The position numbers and the translations under genes are program-made. Below are positions 10,392-19,573 of a DNA stretch of 53,331 nucleotides, one piece after another. The stretch is taken from contig JAEOTO010000027.1 in the NCBI GenBank assembly GCA_016839805.1, positions 1-53,331 on the forward strand, written 5' to 3'. The stretch comes from Candidatus Hermodarchaeota archaeon. GTDB lineage: Archaea > Asgardarchaeota > Hermodarchaeia > Hermodarchaeales > Hermodarchaeaceae. Below the pieces are notes generated by a model that was given only the letters and a program-made list of their open reading frames with translations, searched no databases and was not told where the DNA came from. The stretch's first letter is position 1, and each line of letters starts with the position of its first letter.

Positions 10392-11108
10392 ATGACAAAG
10401 CCACCTCAAGATTCAAAATCAGGCGCTGCACCAAAGGCTGGTCAGGGTAGTATTGAACAGGAACTTAAGCGCATTGTACAATACATCTCCCAATTATATC
10501 AAACTCAGAAGGCTCAGGGTGAACAACTCACGAACCTAGAAAAACGGATTACTGCACTGGATAAGGCTATTGGAAATGTGATGACAGCTACTGGAAAAGC
10601 GGTCACAGATGGTCTCGCACCCGTTGAGGGCCGATTAGCCGAAGTGATTGAAAAAACCGTTCAAACTGCAATCACACAGCAAGTTATTCCCAAAATTCAG
10701 GCTCCAGCCCCCGCTCCAGCCGCTGCCCCAGCTCCAAGTCCAACACCAGCTCCCACACCAGCGCCTCAACCAACACAGACCCCAGCCCCTACTCCTCCAC
10801 CAAGCCCTGCTCCGAGAAAACCCTCTGATGTCCCGGATGCGCGTGTAGCTACGGTAATTGAAGCCCTTGAGACTGTTATTACTGACCTAAAGGGTCGGCA
10901 GCGTGTCCAACGGGAATATTTGAAACCGTTAATTGAACAGGCACGCGACACAGCGATGAATAACCTAAGTAGCCGTGCAAAAGCAGCAAGTGCCTTCAAG
11001 GAATTGATTGCTCTCTTAAAATCCAGTCCATCAGATTTACCTCCCGATACTGTAGCATCAGTTATCGCAAAGCTTGAAGAGCTTGTCATGCATATTCGTA
11101 CCTTATAG
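10392..11108 (+). CDS. Hypothetical protein: coiled coil, Pro/Ala/Thr-rich linker, helical C-terminal domain
   Basis: Heptad pattern at about aa 20-65; about 40-residue (AP/TP)n tract; GGAG upstream. Confidence 0.75.
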   Translation: MTKPPQDSKSGAAPKAGQGSIEQELKRIVQYISQLYQTQKAQGEQLTNLEKRITALDKAIGNVMTATGKAVTDGLAPVEGRLAEVIEKTVQTAITQQVIPKIQAPAPAPAAAPAPSPTPAPTPAPQPTQTPAPTPPPSPAPRKPSDVPDARVATVIEALETVITDLKGRQRVQREYLKPLIEQARDTAMNNLSSRAKAASAFKELIALLKSSPSDLPPDTVASVIAKLEELVMHIRTL

Positions 11109-11270
11109 AGTAACCAACCCACTCATTTTTTCGTGTGTAAAGTTGCCCTTGATGGTGTTTCTATTTTAGTTAGAGGACCGTTAAGGGATCTAATGGTCAA
11201 TGTCTTTGCGGAGCTATCGTTTAATAACACTTGAGTACTATCCGATAAGATAACTACAGGTGTATCCATC

Positions 11271-12047
11271 ATGACCGAAACTAAGCGGAAACCCATCTCT
11301 TCTAAAGCCATGGAATCACGTGGAAAATCGGCTTCAACGCATCAGATTGTCGAACTAATTCGTATGCGACGAAGTATCCGTCGTATGACGGGTGAACGGC
11401 TTCCTGATGAGGATTTGGAATTGATTTTGGACGCTGCCCGTTATGCACCGTCACCAGAAAACATGCAAATGTGGCGTTACGTCGTGATTAGAGAGGATCA
11501 GGAAATGAAACGACTAATTGCAGATATCAGTCAAGAAGCAGCACGATATGTTTTTGGAAATTTTCCCTACGAGGCAACCCAGGGGCGCATATGGTATGTA
11601 CCCGATGCGAGTCGACCGGGTATCTATGAAGAGATGCGGGATGGATCCCTTTTCCGCTATCCTGAGAAGGCGGATGCTGTTATTGTATGCTGCGCCTCAG
11701 AAACCTGGCATGATAGCCCTGCCATGTATCGGAATGAATTGTGTGGCAGTGTTGTTGTTGCGATGGGGGTAATGAACATGTGGCTTGTAGCCCATTCCAT
11801 GGGATATGCATGCGCTTATCAAGCTGTGCCCTTTGCAGATCACCGTCACGTTGAATATATCTGCGATAAACTTGGTATTCCCCGCACCTGGACACCGATA
11901 GCAGCATTTTGTATTGGAATTCCCGAGAAACCCCGGATGTTAGGTCCATCCCGGTGGCCATTGGAAGGCAGCTTCTATGCGGAACGTTGGGGCTTTCCTT
12001 ATCAACGAATCGCGTTTCGTAACCAAAAAAGTAAGAAGAGGAGATAG
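11271..12047 (+). CDS. Nitroreductase family flavoprotein
   Basis: RRSIRR FMN-binding motif, AARYAPSPENMQMWRYVV, NMWLVAHSMGY and IGIP. Confidence 0.88.
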   Translation: MTETKRKPISSKAMESRGKSASTHQIVELIRMRRSIRRMTGERLPDEDLELILDAARYAPSPENMQMWRYVVIREDQEMKRLIADISQEAARYVFGNFPYEATQGRIWYVPDASRPGIYEEMRDGSLFRYPEKADAVIVCCASETWHDSPAMYRNELCGSVVVAMGVMNMWLVAHSMGYACAYQAVPFADHRHVEYICDKLGIPRTWTPIAAFCIGIPEKPRMLGPSRWPLEGSFYAERWGFPYQRIAFRNQKSKKRR

Positions 12048-12050
12048 TCA

Positions 12051-12314
12051 ATGAAAATAGAATTACCTCCAGAAATTCAGAAAGGCTTAGAAAAAAAAGC
12101 AAAAGATGCAAATATCACTGCAGAAGCTGCAGCGATATTAATCTTAAGCGAATTCATTCGCGTCCACGGAAGTGGGATTTACGTAGGAACTTGGCGTCGG
12201 GGTGACAAAGCAGGTAAGAAGGGAATGCGCTATGTCGTAGATTGGCCCTTTCAACCCGGATTCGTTAAGATACCTGGAAATTATTCTATTGATATGGACA
12301 AGGGGGCAACCTAG
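12051..12314 (+). CDS. Small hypothetical protein, N-terminal ribbon-helix-helix-like segment
   Basis: GAGGAG SD; KIELPPEIQKGLEKKAKDANITAEAAAILILSEFI has a beta-alpha-alpha pattern. Confidence 0.65.
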   Translation: MKIELPPEIQKGLEKKAKDANITAEAAAILILSEFIRVHGSGIYVGTWRRGDKAGKKGMRYVVDWPFQPGFVKIPGNYSIDMDKGAT

Positions 12315-12329
12315 CAAGGAGGTTAAGAG

Positions 12330-12611
12330 ATGCCGCGATACAAGAAAGCGTCAGATGGCCAATGGCCCGGCTATCCTCATTTATATATCAACGATATTGA
12401 AACCTTAACGATTCGGCAAAACAAGTACGTTGCAGAAGCCTTAGTGAATAATCGGAAAGGACGTGTAGTCTTATTATTAGACCATGATACATATCAGAAA
12501 TTTCTGTCAACTGTCCATGATCGTAAAGGTGACATTAGTGAGCGAAATGTCAATGAGGCAGCACTTGAAGCCGTACAAGCCTGGATGAAGAAGAAATCCC
12601 GTTCGAGATGA
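12330..12611 (+). CDS. Small hypothetical protein, C-terminal ribbon-helix-helix-like segment
   Basis: Strong AGGAGGT SD; VVLLLDHDTYQKFLSTV...NVNEAALEAVQAWMKK pattern. Confidence 0.65.
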   Translation: MPRYKKASDGQWPGYPHLYINDIETLTIRQNKYVAEALVNNRKGRVVLLLDHDTYQKFLSTVHDRKGDISERNVNEAALEAVQAWMKKKSRSR

Positions 12612-12979
12612 TTGTGATGAGTAATCAGATGGTACAAATGTTTGAAATGCTGATTGACCGCGTAAACAAAACCGCAGAGCATCGCGAGTTTATCCGAGAA
12701 TGGGTTGGTCCTTACCAGGGGAAGGTCCTCCAATTAGAAACTGATCAAGGATCGTTTCATATCCTGTTACACCACAAGGGTACAATGAAATTACGACAGG
12801 GTACCTATCCTTCCCCAGATGTCATCTATAAAGCATCCACAGAAACCCTAATGAACCTCTTTTCAGGGCAAGCATCGTTTCGAGATCTAATGAAACGATG
12901 GGAACTCGTTATCATTGGTGCAGGACATGAATCAGTTCCCCTTGGGCAACTAATGATTCGTGTTTTACAGTCTGATTAG
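12608..12979 (+). CDS. SCP2 sterol/lipid-binding domain protein
   Basis: PDVIYKASTETLMNLFSGQASFRDLMKRWELVIIG resembles the SCP2 C-terminal signature; ATGA overlap with the upstream gene. Confidence 0.7.
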   Translation: MIVMSNQMVQMFEMLIDRVNKTAEHREFIREWVGPYQGKVLQLETDQGSFHILLHHKGTMKLRQGTYPSPDVIYKASTETLMNLFSGQASFRDLMKRWELVIIGAGHESVPLGQLMIRVLQSD

Positions 12980-13084
12980 ACTCCTTGTCTCGTAGGCTAG
13001 TTTCTGGTTTAGCAGTATAAAGCGTTAAAAGGGAGTTATTGTGAGCATGACCTAGAGCAATAACTTTGCGAATTTGGTGTTCTT

Positions 13085-14128
13085 TTGGTAAAGAAAAAAC
13101 GGAGCGAAACCAAGCTGACCCCAGAAGACTGGTTTAATCTTGGGGTCTCGCTCGGTGAACAAGGCAAGTTAGAAGAAGCCTTGGAGGCATTTTCAACAAC
13201 TGCTGAATTACGTCCTCAAGATGCAGCTGTCTGGTTCAACAGAGGATTAGTTCTAGACGAACTTGGTCGGATTAATGAGGCTTTGGATTGTTATAAGAAA
13301 GCCACCGAACTCAACCCTAACTACATCGAAGCCTGGAACAATCTTGGTGCTATCTACAAAGAATTAAATCGATTAGAAGAAGCATTACATAGCTTCACCC
13401 AGGCCACACAAACCTTCACTCCAAACTATACGGATTATGCAGATGCCTGGTACAATCGAGGAGTTATCCTAGTTGAATTGCGACGGTATGAAGAAGCCCT
13501 TGAGTGCTTCATCCAAACAGTTACTGTTAATCCAGGGGATGCAAAGGCATGGTTCTATCGAGGATCCCTACACGAACAGCTCACTCAACTTGAAGATGCC
13601 CTCATGTGTTACAAACAAGCACTAAAATTTGACCCAGAGTACATCGATGCATGGATCGACATGGGTGAGTTATTGGGACAACTAAACCAAGCGAAAAAAG
13701 CGTTGAAAGCCTTCGAGAAGGCGATTCAACTTGACCAACAGAATGCCCGAGCCTGGTACGATAAAGGCGTTGCGCTTGAAATGCTCGACCGTTCAGCTGA
13801 AGCGGTTGAAGCGTATACGCGTTCAAAAGAGTTAGACCCCCAAAATGAAAATACCTTGTTCAACCTAGCCAATACCCTCGCCAGAAATCTAGGCGAATAT
13901 GCCAAAGCTCTTGAGATGATTGATAAACTGCTGGAATTTGCCCCGAATAATATTGATGGCGTCTATCTACGTGGACGTATATTGGTCGAGCTTCAGCGAA
14001 ATGGGGAAGCTGCTGAATGCTTTGATCGCGTTTTTGAGCTCGATCCGAATTATCCATATCTACAGCGTCGAGATCCTTCAAGTAAATCAGAAGAAACTGC
14101 TAAAAAGAAAAACCCGCACCACAATTAA
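13085..14128 (+). CDS. Tetratricopeptide repeat protein
   Basis: About nine 34-aa repeats of the form W(Y/F)NxG...LxRxxEA...A.ELxP. Confidence 0.92.
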   Translation: MVKKKRSETKLTPEDWFNLGVSLGEQGKLEEALEAFSTTAELRPQDAAVWFNRGLVLDELGRINEALDCYKKATELNPNYIEAWNNLGAIYKELNRLEEALHSFTQATQTFTPNYTDYADAWYNRGVILVELRRYEEALECFIQTVTVNPGDAKAWFYRGSLHEQLTQLEDALMCYKQALKFDPEYIDAWIDMGELLGQLNQAKKALKAFEKAIQLDQQNARAWYDKGVALEMLDRSAEAVEAYTRSKELDPQNENTLFNLANTLARNLGEYAKALEMIDKLLEFAPNNIDGVYLRGRILVELQRNGEAAECFDRVFELDPNYPYLQRRDPSSKSEETAKKKNPHHN

Positions 14129-14374
14129 ATTCTGATGAATCGAGAATGGTAAGATTATCATTCATCAATTGAAAAGCTTTTACAACGCACAATTTAATAT
14201 CAAAAAACCAATCGGGTCCTGGATTGAACTTCAAAAGGTGACCTGAATGGAATGGACGAAAAACTAGTGAAACAATTTTCCTCACTAGAACTTTAAGCTA
14301 GTCCCTAGAACACGTTTATGTCCTTTTAGTTGATGTTTTCGAGGAACTTCCGCTTCTGAAAGGTATTCCGTTGT

Positions 14375-15646
14375 TTATTTCTTGGATTTCTCCTTACCCC
14401 AGAAATCTGGCACCTCGCCTTCTCGAGGACCCCAAGGATCCGGGTAGTCATTACCAGAATATTGGAGACGGAATCCAGTATCGAGCTCGGTAACTTGGAC
14501 TTCTTTGAGAATTGCTTGACCAGCGACCCACCGTTGGATTTGGTTGGTCCCTTCGTAGATCTGAGTGAGTTTGGCACCCCGCATCATTTGTTCAGCGGGA
14601 TATTCTTTAGAGTAGCCATACCCACCCATGATTTGTATGCAATCAATGGAATTTTGCATAGCGGCGTCGGTAGCGAAGAATTTGGCACAACTGGATTCCT
14701 TGGTATTGCGTTGACCTTGGTCGACGAGCCAGGCAGAGTAACGGGTAGCCCAACGTGCGTGCATGGCCCGAGCCTCCATTTCAGCAATCATGAAATTGAT
14801 GCCTTGATAAGCCCCAATGGGTTTACCAAATTGCTTGCGATAATTGGCGAAGATGGCAGCTTCGTGAACTGCACGTTGTGCAATGCCAACGCCAAGGGCA
14901 GCAATTGCAGCACGAGTTCGGTCTAGGGTCTGCATAGCGTATTTGAAGCCTTTTCCGACCTCACCGAATAGACAGTCACCGGGGATACGGACATCGTTAT
15001 ATTTGATTTCGGCTTGGAAACTAGCACGTTGACCAAGTTTGTCTTCAAGCATTACGATTTCGACACCGGGCAGTTCTTTGTCAACCATGTGAAGGGCCAT
15101 ACCCTTATACCCTTTAGTGGGATCGACGGTGGTGAAAACAGTGTGATATTTTGCTACGTGACCATTAGTGCTGAAGCATTTACGACCATTAATAATCCAT
15201 TCATCACCATCTTTAGTAGCAGTGGTTTTCACCGCCGCCGCATCAGAACCCGCTTCGCGCTCAGTCAGGGAGAAAGCTGCGAACTGCGGTTTCTTACCAG
15301 TAGCGAAAGGTTTGATGTATTTCTCCATTTGCTCAGGACTAGCAGTAATCAGAAGTGGCGTGAGGGCGAGATTGTTGGCAAGGATGGTAGTGGCGATACC
15401 CCCGTCACCATAACCAATGGCTTCTCCAATGAGGGTTTCTTCGACCATTGAATGTTCATGCCCCCCGAATTTCTTAGGAACATGTGAATTCATGAGACCA
15501 GCATCATAGGCTTTCTGAGCCAACCCCCAAGGAAACTCATTGGCTTCTTCGAGTTCCCGAGCATAGGGAACAATCCATTTTTTCGAGAACTCCATAGCCT
15601 TTTCAAAGAGTTCTTGTTCACGTTTAGACAGGGCAAAATCGACCAT
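14375..15646 (-). CDS. Acyl-CoA dehydrogenase
   Basis: FSLTEREAGSD, INGRKCFSTNG, RKQFGKPI, QIMGGYGYSKEYP and catalytic IYEGTNQIQ. Confidence 0.95.
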   Translation of the reverse strand: MVDFALSKREQELFEKAMEFSKKWIVPYARELEEANEFPWGLAQKAYDAGLMNSHVPKKFGGHEHSMVEETLIGEAIGYGDGGIATTILANNLALTPLLITASPEQMEKYIKPFATGKKPQFAAFSLTEREAGSDAAAVKTTATKDGDEWIINGRKCFSTNGHVAKYHTVFTTVDPTKGYKGMALHMVDKELPGVEIVMLEDKLGQRASFQAEIKYNDVRIPGDCLFGEVGKGFKYAMQTLDRTRAAIAALGVGIAQRAVHEAAIFANYRKQFGKPIGAYQGINFMIAEMEARAMHARWATRYSAWLVDQGQRNTKESSCAKFFATDAAMQNSIDCIQIMGGYGYSKEYPAEQMMRGAKLTQIYEGTNQIQRWVAGQAILKEVQVTELDTGFRLQYSGNDYPDPWGPREGEVPDFWGKEKSKK

Positions 15647-15838
15647 CGTGTATCGCCTCGGAATAAGTGAGGCGACTAGTCACAAATCCCGCTTAAAAGT
15701 GTGTAGTTCGCTAGACACCGTCTCTCCCGGTATATGTGTTCAGTCATCTATGACTGCGGAATCCAAGTATATACCTTTATATTTCACCAACGGATATACA
15801 TAACTGGACTGGTCCTAGCGTTACTTAGTGTCGAGTGG

Positions 15839-15945
15839 TCACTGGAGCGGCGAGAAGTGTTGGCACCTCTCCCCCCCTAGAAAACCATTCCCTCTCCGAT
15901 GTTTTCATTATTGTCGAGGTGTCTAATCCGCCAAAGTTCCAGTGA
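15839..15945 (+). repeat. Dispersed structured element, copy 1 (candidate ncRNA with BHB/BHL-like motif)
   Basis: Shares a 26-nt exact core (CCCCCCTAGAAAACCATTCCCTCTCC, 15872-15897) and flanks with 53214-53331. Nested stems are TCACTGGAGC/GTTCCAGTGA, GGCG/CGCC and GGCACCTC/GAGGTGTC. Confidence 0.8.
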
Positions 15946-16026
15946 TTTAACATTTTTTATGCCAGGCACTAGGAATGGAATAAGCAGAGAATCTAGAGTT
16001 ATTTGATTTCACGAATCCAACGAATG

Positions 16027-16200
16027 TTATTTTCGAGTTAGAAAGCCCGCTAAAATTAATGTGATAATCCCGATTGCTAGAATGAAATAAGCGGGAACTA
16101 CTCCGAGTAACCAGGGCATCAGTAATAAGACGAAACCTGTGAGTAAGAGAATGACTCCTATGAAAATCAGGATAAGTACTGAGCGTGGCTGTGAGAGCAT
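16027..16200 (-). CDS. 57-aa two-helix membrane protein (absent from the ORF track)
   Basis: ATG 16200 to TAA 16027 gives MLSQPRSVLILIFIGVILLLTGFVLLLMPWLLGVVPAYFILAIGIITLILAGFLTRK; GGAG upstream; co-oriented downstream of hppA. Confidence 0.7.
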   Translation of the reverse strand: MLSQPRSVLILIFIGVILLLTGFVLLLMPWLLGVVPAYFILAIGIITLILAGFLTRK

Positions 16201-16277
16201 AAGAGAACAACTCCATTACAGAGAGTCTCTAAATTACATACTAGGTTGATGTCCTATAAGAGGGATTGCATTGGTTT

Positions 16278-18596
16278 TTAGTCTCGACTTTCCCATTCGG
16301 CGAGAGGCGGAATGGACCGCCGGCTTCGACGGAACGCCCAGATTAATAACACTAGGAGAATGATGACAACCACTGCCAACATGAGGTTCCACATTAAGAT
16401 GTTTAGATCCGGTGGCCATCCCGGATTGTAAAACCGATACAAAATCAGAATTGGGGCTGCAATTAAACTGATCAGATTCACAACCTTAATCATTGGATTC
16501 AAGGCAGGACCAGCAGTGTCCTTGAGTGGGTCACCAATCGTATCACCACAGACAGCAGCCTTATGTCGCTCTGAGCCTTTACCAGTACCGACCTCGAGAT
16601 CACAAACTTCGTCTTCGATGTATTTCTTCGCGTTATCCCATGCACCACCAGCTACAGACATGTAGACGGCTAGAAGTAAGCCGGAAGCGATAAGACCTGC
16701 CAAGTAGCCACCAAGCGCCTCAACCTGCAGCATGAGCCCAATCACGATGGGGGTCACCACTGATAAGATAGTGAGGCTGATAAGCTCTTTCTGCGCTGCC
16801 GCAGTCGTGATCGATACCACTCGGTCATAGTGGGGTTTTACTGTCCCTTCCATTACACCAGGAATTTTGAACTGCTCACGCACCTCATCAATGATCTGCG
16901 TCGATGCACGACTCACCGCACGAATCGCTAATGCAGAGAACAACCAGGGCAACGCTGCACCAATCAAGAGCCCAGACAACACCAGTGGATTATCTATCCG
17001 AATACCAAGGGCTAGTGGGTTTGGTATACCCGCGGCTACGGCAGCCCGGGCAACATCCACCACAAAACTATAGAACAGGGCACTCGCGGCAATCACTGCT
17101 GAGGCAATCGCTACATTCTTTGTAATCGCTTTTGTCGTATTCCCAACCGCATCTAAGTCCGCCAAAACTTTTCGCGACCCCTCGGGCATATCAGTTAGCT
17201 CAGCAATACCACCGGCATTATCCGCAATGGGTCCATAACTGTCCATTGCGACATTATTACCCGTGTGTGAAAGCATTCCGATGCCGATGAGGGCGATGCC
17301 ATAGAGGACATATTCAGGGGCGATTAGAAAAGCTGCGATGAAGGTGGCAACGATGATAAGAAGAATCCACACAGCGGCTTCATAACCAGTACTAATACCA
17401 CTGAGAACGATGGTAGCTGGACCCCCATGAGCCTGTTCAACAATTTCTTCGACAGGACGGTGACGATGACTGGTGAAGTAATTGGTAAGCGGATTAAAGC
17501 TAACTGCGAGGAGTACACCAATGGCCACGAGAATACCCAGTCGGACATCACCCGTGTAGAAGTAAGCGAAGACGCTGGAGACAATAATAGTGAAAGCACT
17601 ACTTACCTCGTAGCTGTAGAACATAGCCTTTTCAGCCTTTTCCGTACGCCAGACAGCCACCATGAAGGTTCCAATAATACTACTGATCACACCAATCGCC
17701 CGAACCACAAGGGGGAAGACAATCCAGAAAATCTGCCCGGTGATGACGTAGAGAGCCACACCGAGAATTAGGGCAGAGACAATAGTGACTTCATAGGATT
17801 CGAAAATGTCCGCTGCCATACCTGCGCAGTCGCCTACGTTGTCACCTACGAGATCAGCAATCACGGCGGCGTTACGGGGGTCGTCTTCGGGGAGCCCAGC
17901 TTCAACTTTGCCAACAAGGTCAGCACCTACGTCAGCAGCTTTGGTATAGATACCACCACCGATTCGCATAAAGAGGGCAAGGAGGGTACCACCAAAACCA
18001 AAACCAAGAAGCGCGTCTGGAGCCGAGATGCCAAAGGCAAGGAAGATAAAGGTGCCACCAAGGAGGCCGAGACCGTCAGTGAGCATGCCGGTGAAGGTCC
18101 CACCATGATATGCGATTTTTAGGGCTTCACGGTAGCTTCGCCCAGAAGCGGAAGCGACTCGGATATTAGATTCAATCGCGATGCGCATACCGAGTTGACC
18201 AACGGCAAGAGAGCTCAAAGCACCCATGATAAAAGCGATGGCACGCCCCGTGGCAATGATAAGTTGGACTTGTTGGTAGGAGTAGCCTTCACTAGGGGGG
18301 AAGACTTCAAGGGCTTCAAGGCTGGGGGGAACGATATAGACCGAGAGAAAGAGGATAAGGGTAAGAAGGGCGATGATGGGAAGAATTGTTCGCAATTGTT
18401 TGCTGAGGTAAGCTTTAGCGCCGTCTTTGATGGCGGTCCAGACTTCTTGCATTTTCTTTGTGCCTTTATCATATTTCAGCACATCGCGACGAAGCCAGAG
18501 CGCATAGATGAGGCTGATAATCGCTGCCACGATCACCATGATTAGGGCAACTTGCTCATACCATGCCAAGTGAAGAAACGTAGAGAATAAACCCAT
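16278..18596 (-). CDS. hppA: Membrane-bound H+-translocating pyrophosphatase, K+-independent type
   Basis: GGGIYTKAADVGADLVGKVE, DNVGDCAG, GGAWDNAKKYIE and GDTIGDPLKDTAGP motifs. The Lys in GNTTKA marks the K+-independent subfamily. Confidence 0.95.
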   Translation of the reverse strand: MGLFSTFLHLAWYEQVALIMVIVAAIISLIYALWLRRDVLKYDKGTKKMQEVWTAIKDGAKAYLSKQLRTILPIIALLTLILFLSVYIVPPSLEALEVFPPSEGYSYQQVQLIIATGRAIAFIMGALSSLAVGQLGMRIAIESNIRVASASGRSYREALKIAYHGGTFTGMLTDGLGLLGGTFIFLAFGISAPDALLGFGFGGTLLALFMRIGGGIYTKAADVGADLVGKVEAGLPEDDPRNAAVIADLVGDNVGDCAGMAADIFESYEVTIVSALILGVALYVITGQIFWIVFPLVVRAIGVISSIIGTFMVAVWRTEKAEKAMFYSYEVSSAFTIIVSSVFAYFYTGDVRLGILVAIGVLLAVSFNPLTNYFTSHRHRPVEEIVEQAHGGPATIVLSGISTGYEAAVWILLIIVATFIAAFLIAPEYVLYGIALIGIGMLSHTGNNVAMDSYGPIADNAGGIAELTDMPEGSRKVLADLDAVGNTTKAITKNVAIASAVIAASALFYSFVVDVARAAVAAGIPNPLALGIRIDNPLVLSGLLIGAALPWLFSALAIRAVSRASTQIIDEVREQFKIPGVMEGTVKPHYDRVVSITTAAAQKELISLTILSVVTPIVIGLMLQVEALGGYLAGLIASGLLLAVYMSVAGGAWDNAKKYIEDEVCDLEVGTGKGSERHKAAVCGDTIGDPLKDTAGPALNPMIKVVNLISLIAAPILILYRFYNPGWPPDLNILMWNLMLAVVVIILLVLLIWAFRRSRRSIPPLAEWESRD

Positions 18597-19022
18597 TTTG
18601 GCACCTCAAAGCCCGTATCAATTGAGGAAGTACATTACCCCACAGTCATGTTTTATAAACTGTTTCTTGTTCAATCTAATCCATTAGAGAGAAGAAATAA
18701 TGTCGAATTGCAAAACGACTGTAACGCAAATGAAGAAAATAACTAACATAAGTCGATTCAGTCAGGTAGGTCCTGCTAGTGATCCAAGCAATCAGAATTC
18801 AGGAAAAAAAATGAAAGCATGGAATTTTGATACCCTCCCCCCAAACCGGCGGAAATGCGAGAAAGAGTATTGTTTAATGATTGACTTTTCACCACAGCTA
18901 AGCTGCCAAATAGAAGTATTACTACAAGTAACCTTGCAAGCTGAAATAAAATTCCTCAAAAACAATCTATATAACTGTTTAAGAAAGTCGGTAAATTATC
19001 ATTACAGATGGAGGGAGCCAGT

Positions 19023-19469
19023 GTGTTCAGGAAGAGCTTAGTAAAAACGTTATTGCTTCTTGCTTTAGCATTAGTGCCTATGATAGCTCTAATCAGAGCA
19101 CAATTGCTCGGAGTTATCTGGATACCTGCGCTAGGAGGAGTATCATATGTCAGCGCACCCTTCGGACCAAATGAAAACCAATCCTATTCGGTGATATTTC
19201 ATTCGGTAAATTTCACTTACCTCGGTTCCACATACGATTATGGCGATCTTAGAGATCTGCCTAAAACTGTTCATTTCTTAATTACCTTTAGCGATGGACA
19301 GAAGGAAAACCTGACTCTGCACTATGATGGTCTTATTAGCACGGCTGTTTTATTTATCGAGTACCATTGGAACATTACAAATCATGTTTCTCCCCGAGCA
19401 GGTGTGATAACAGGGAACAGTCAGGTCCTTTCCCATGGCTGGCAATTCCTAGTTATCCCAGGAAACTAG
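19023..19469 (+). CDS. Hypothetical exported or membrane-anchored protein
   Basis: N-terminal hydrophobic helix, beta-rich body and several NxS/T sequons; probable GTG start at 19023 after GGAGGGA (ORF opens at 19008). Confidence 0.6.
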   Translation: MFRKSLVKTLLLLALALVPMIALIRAQLLGVIWIPALGGVSYVSAPFGPNENQSYSVIFHSVNFTYLGSTYDYGDLRDLPKTVHFLITFSDGQKENLTLHYDGLISTAVLFIEYHWNITNHVSPRAGVITGNSQVLSHGWQFLVIPGN

Positions 19470-19573
19470 GAATTGTGTTATATTTAGGAATTTAACCGTA
19501 AGTAACGCTTATGTACTGGCGCTCATACCTTGTCGGCAATAACTGATGACTCGTTTCCTTGGAGGCGACCAGC

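Noticed and set aside
15800-15960. Intron-containing tRNA, 5S rRNA or H/ACA guide as the identity of the repeat
   Set aside because: There is no T-arm (GTTCRA) or acceptor stem around the BHB-like motif, no CCGAAC 5S signature, and no K-turn or proper pseudouridylation pocket despite an ACA downstream of copy 1.
15947-16216. 89-aa ORF from the track
   Set aside because: The sequence is not protein-like; the overlapping 57-aa frame has an SD and a coherent TM pattern.
18700-19041. 113-aa ORF in the hppA upstream region
   Set aside because: It is AT-rich, has no SD or recognisable motif, and overlaps the next gene and its promoter region.
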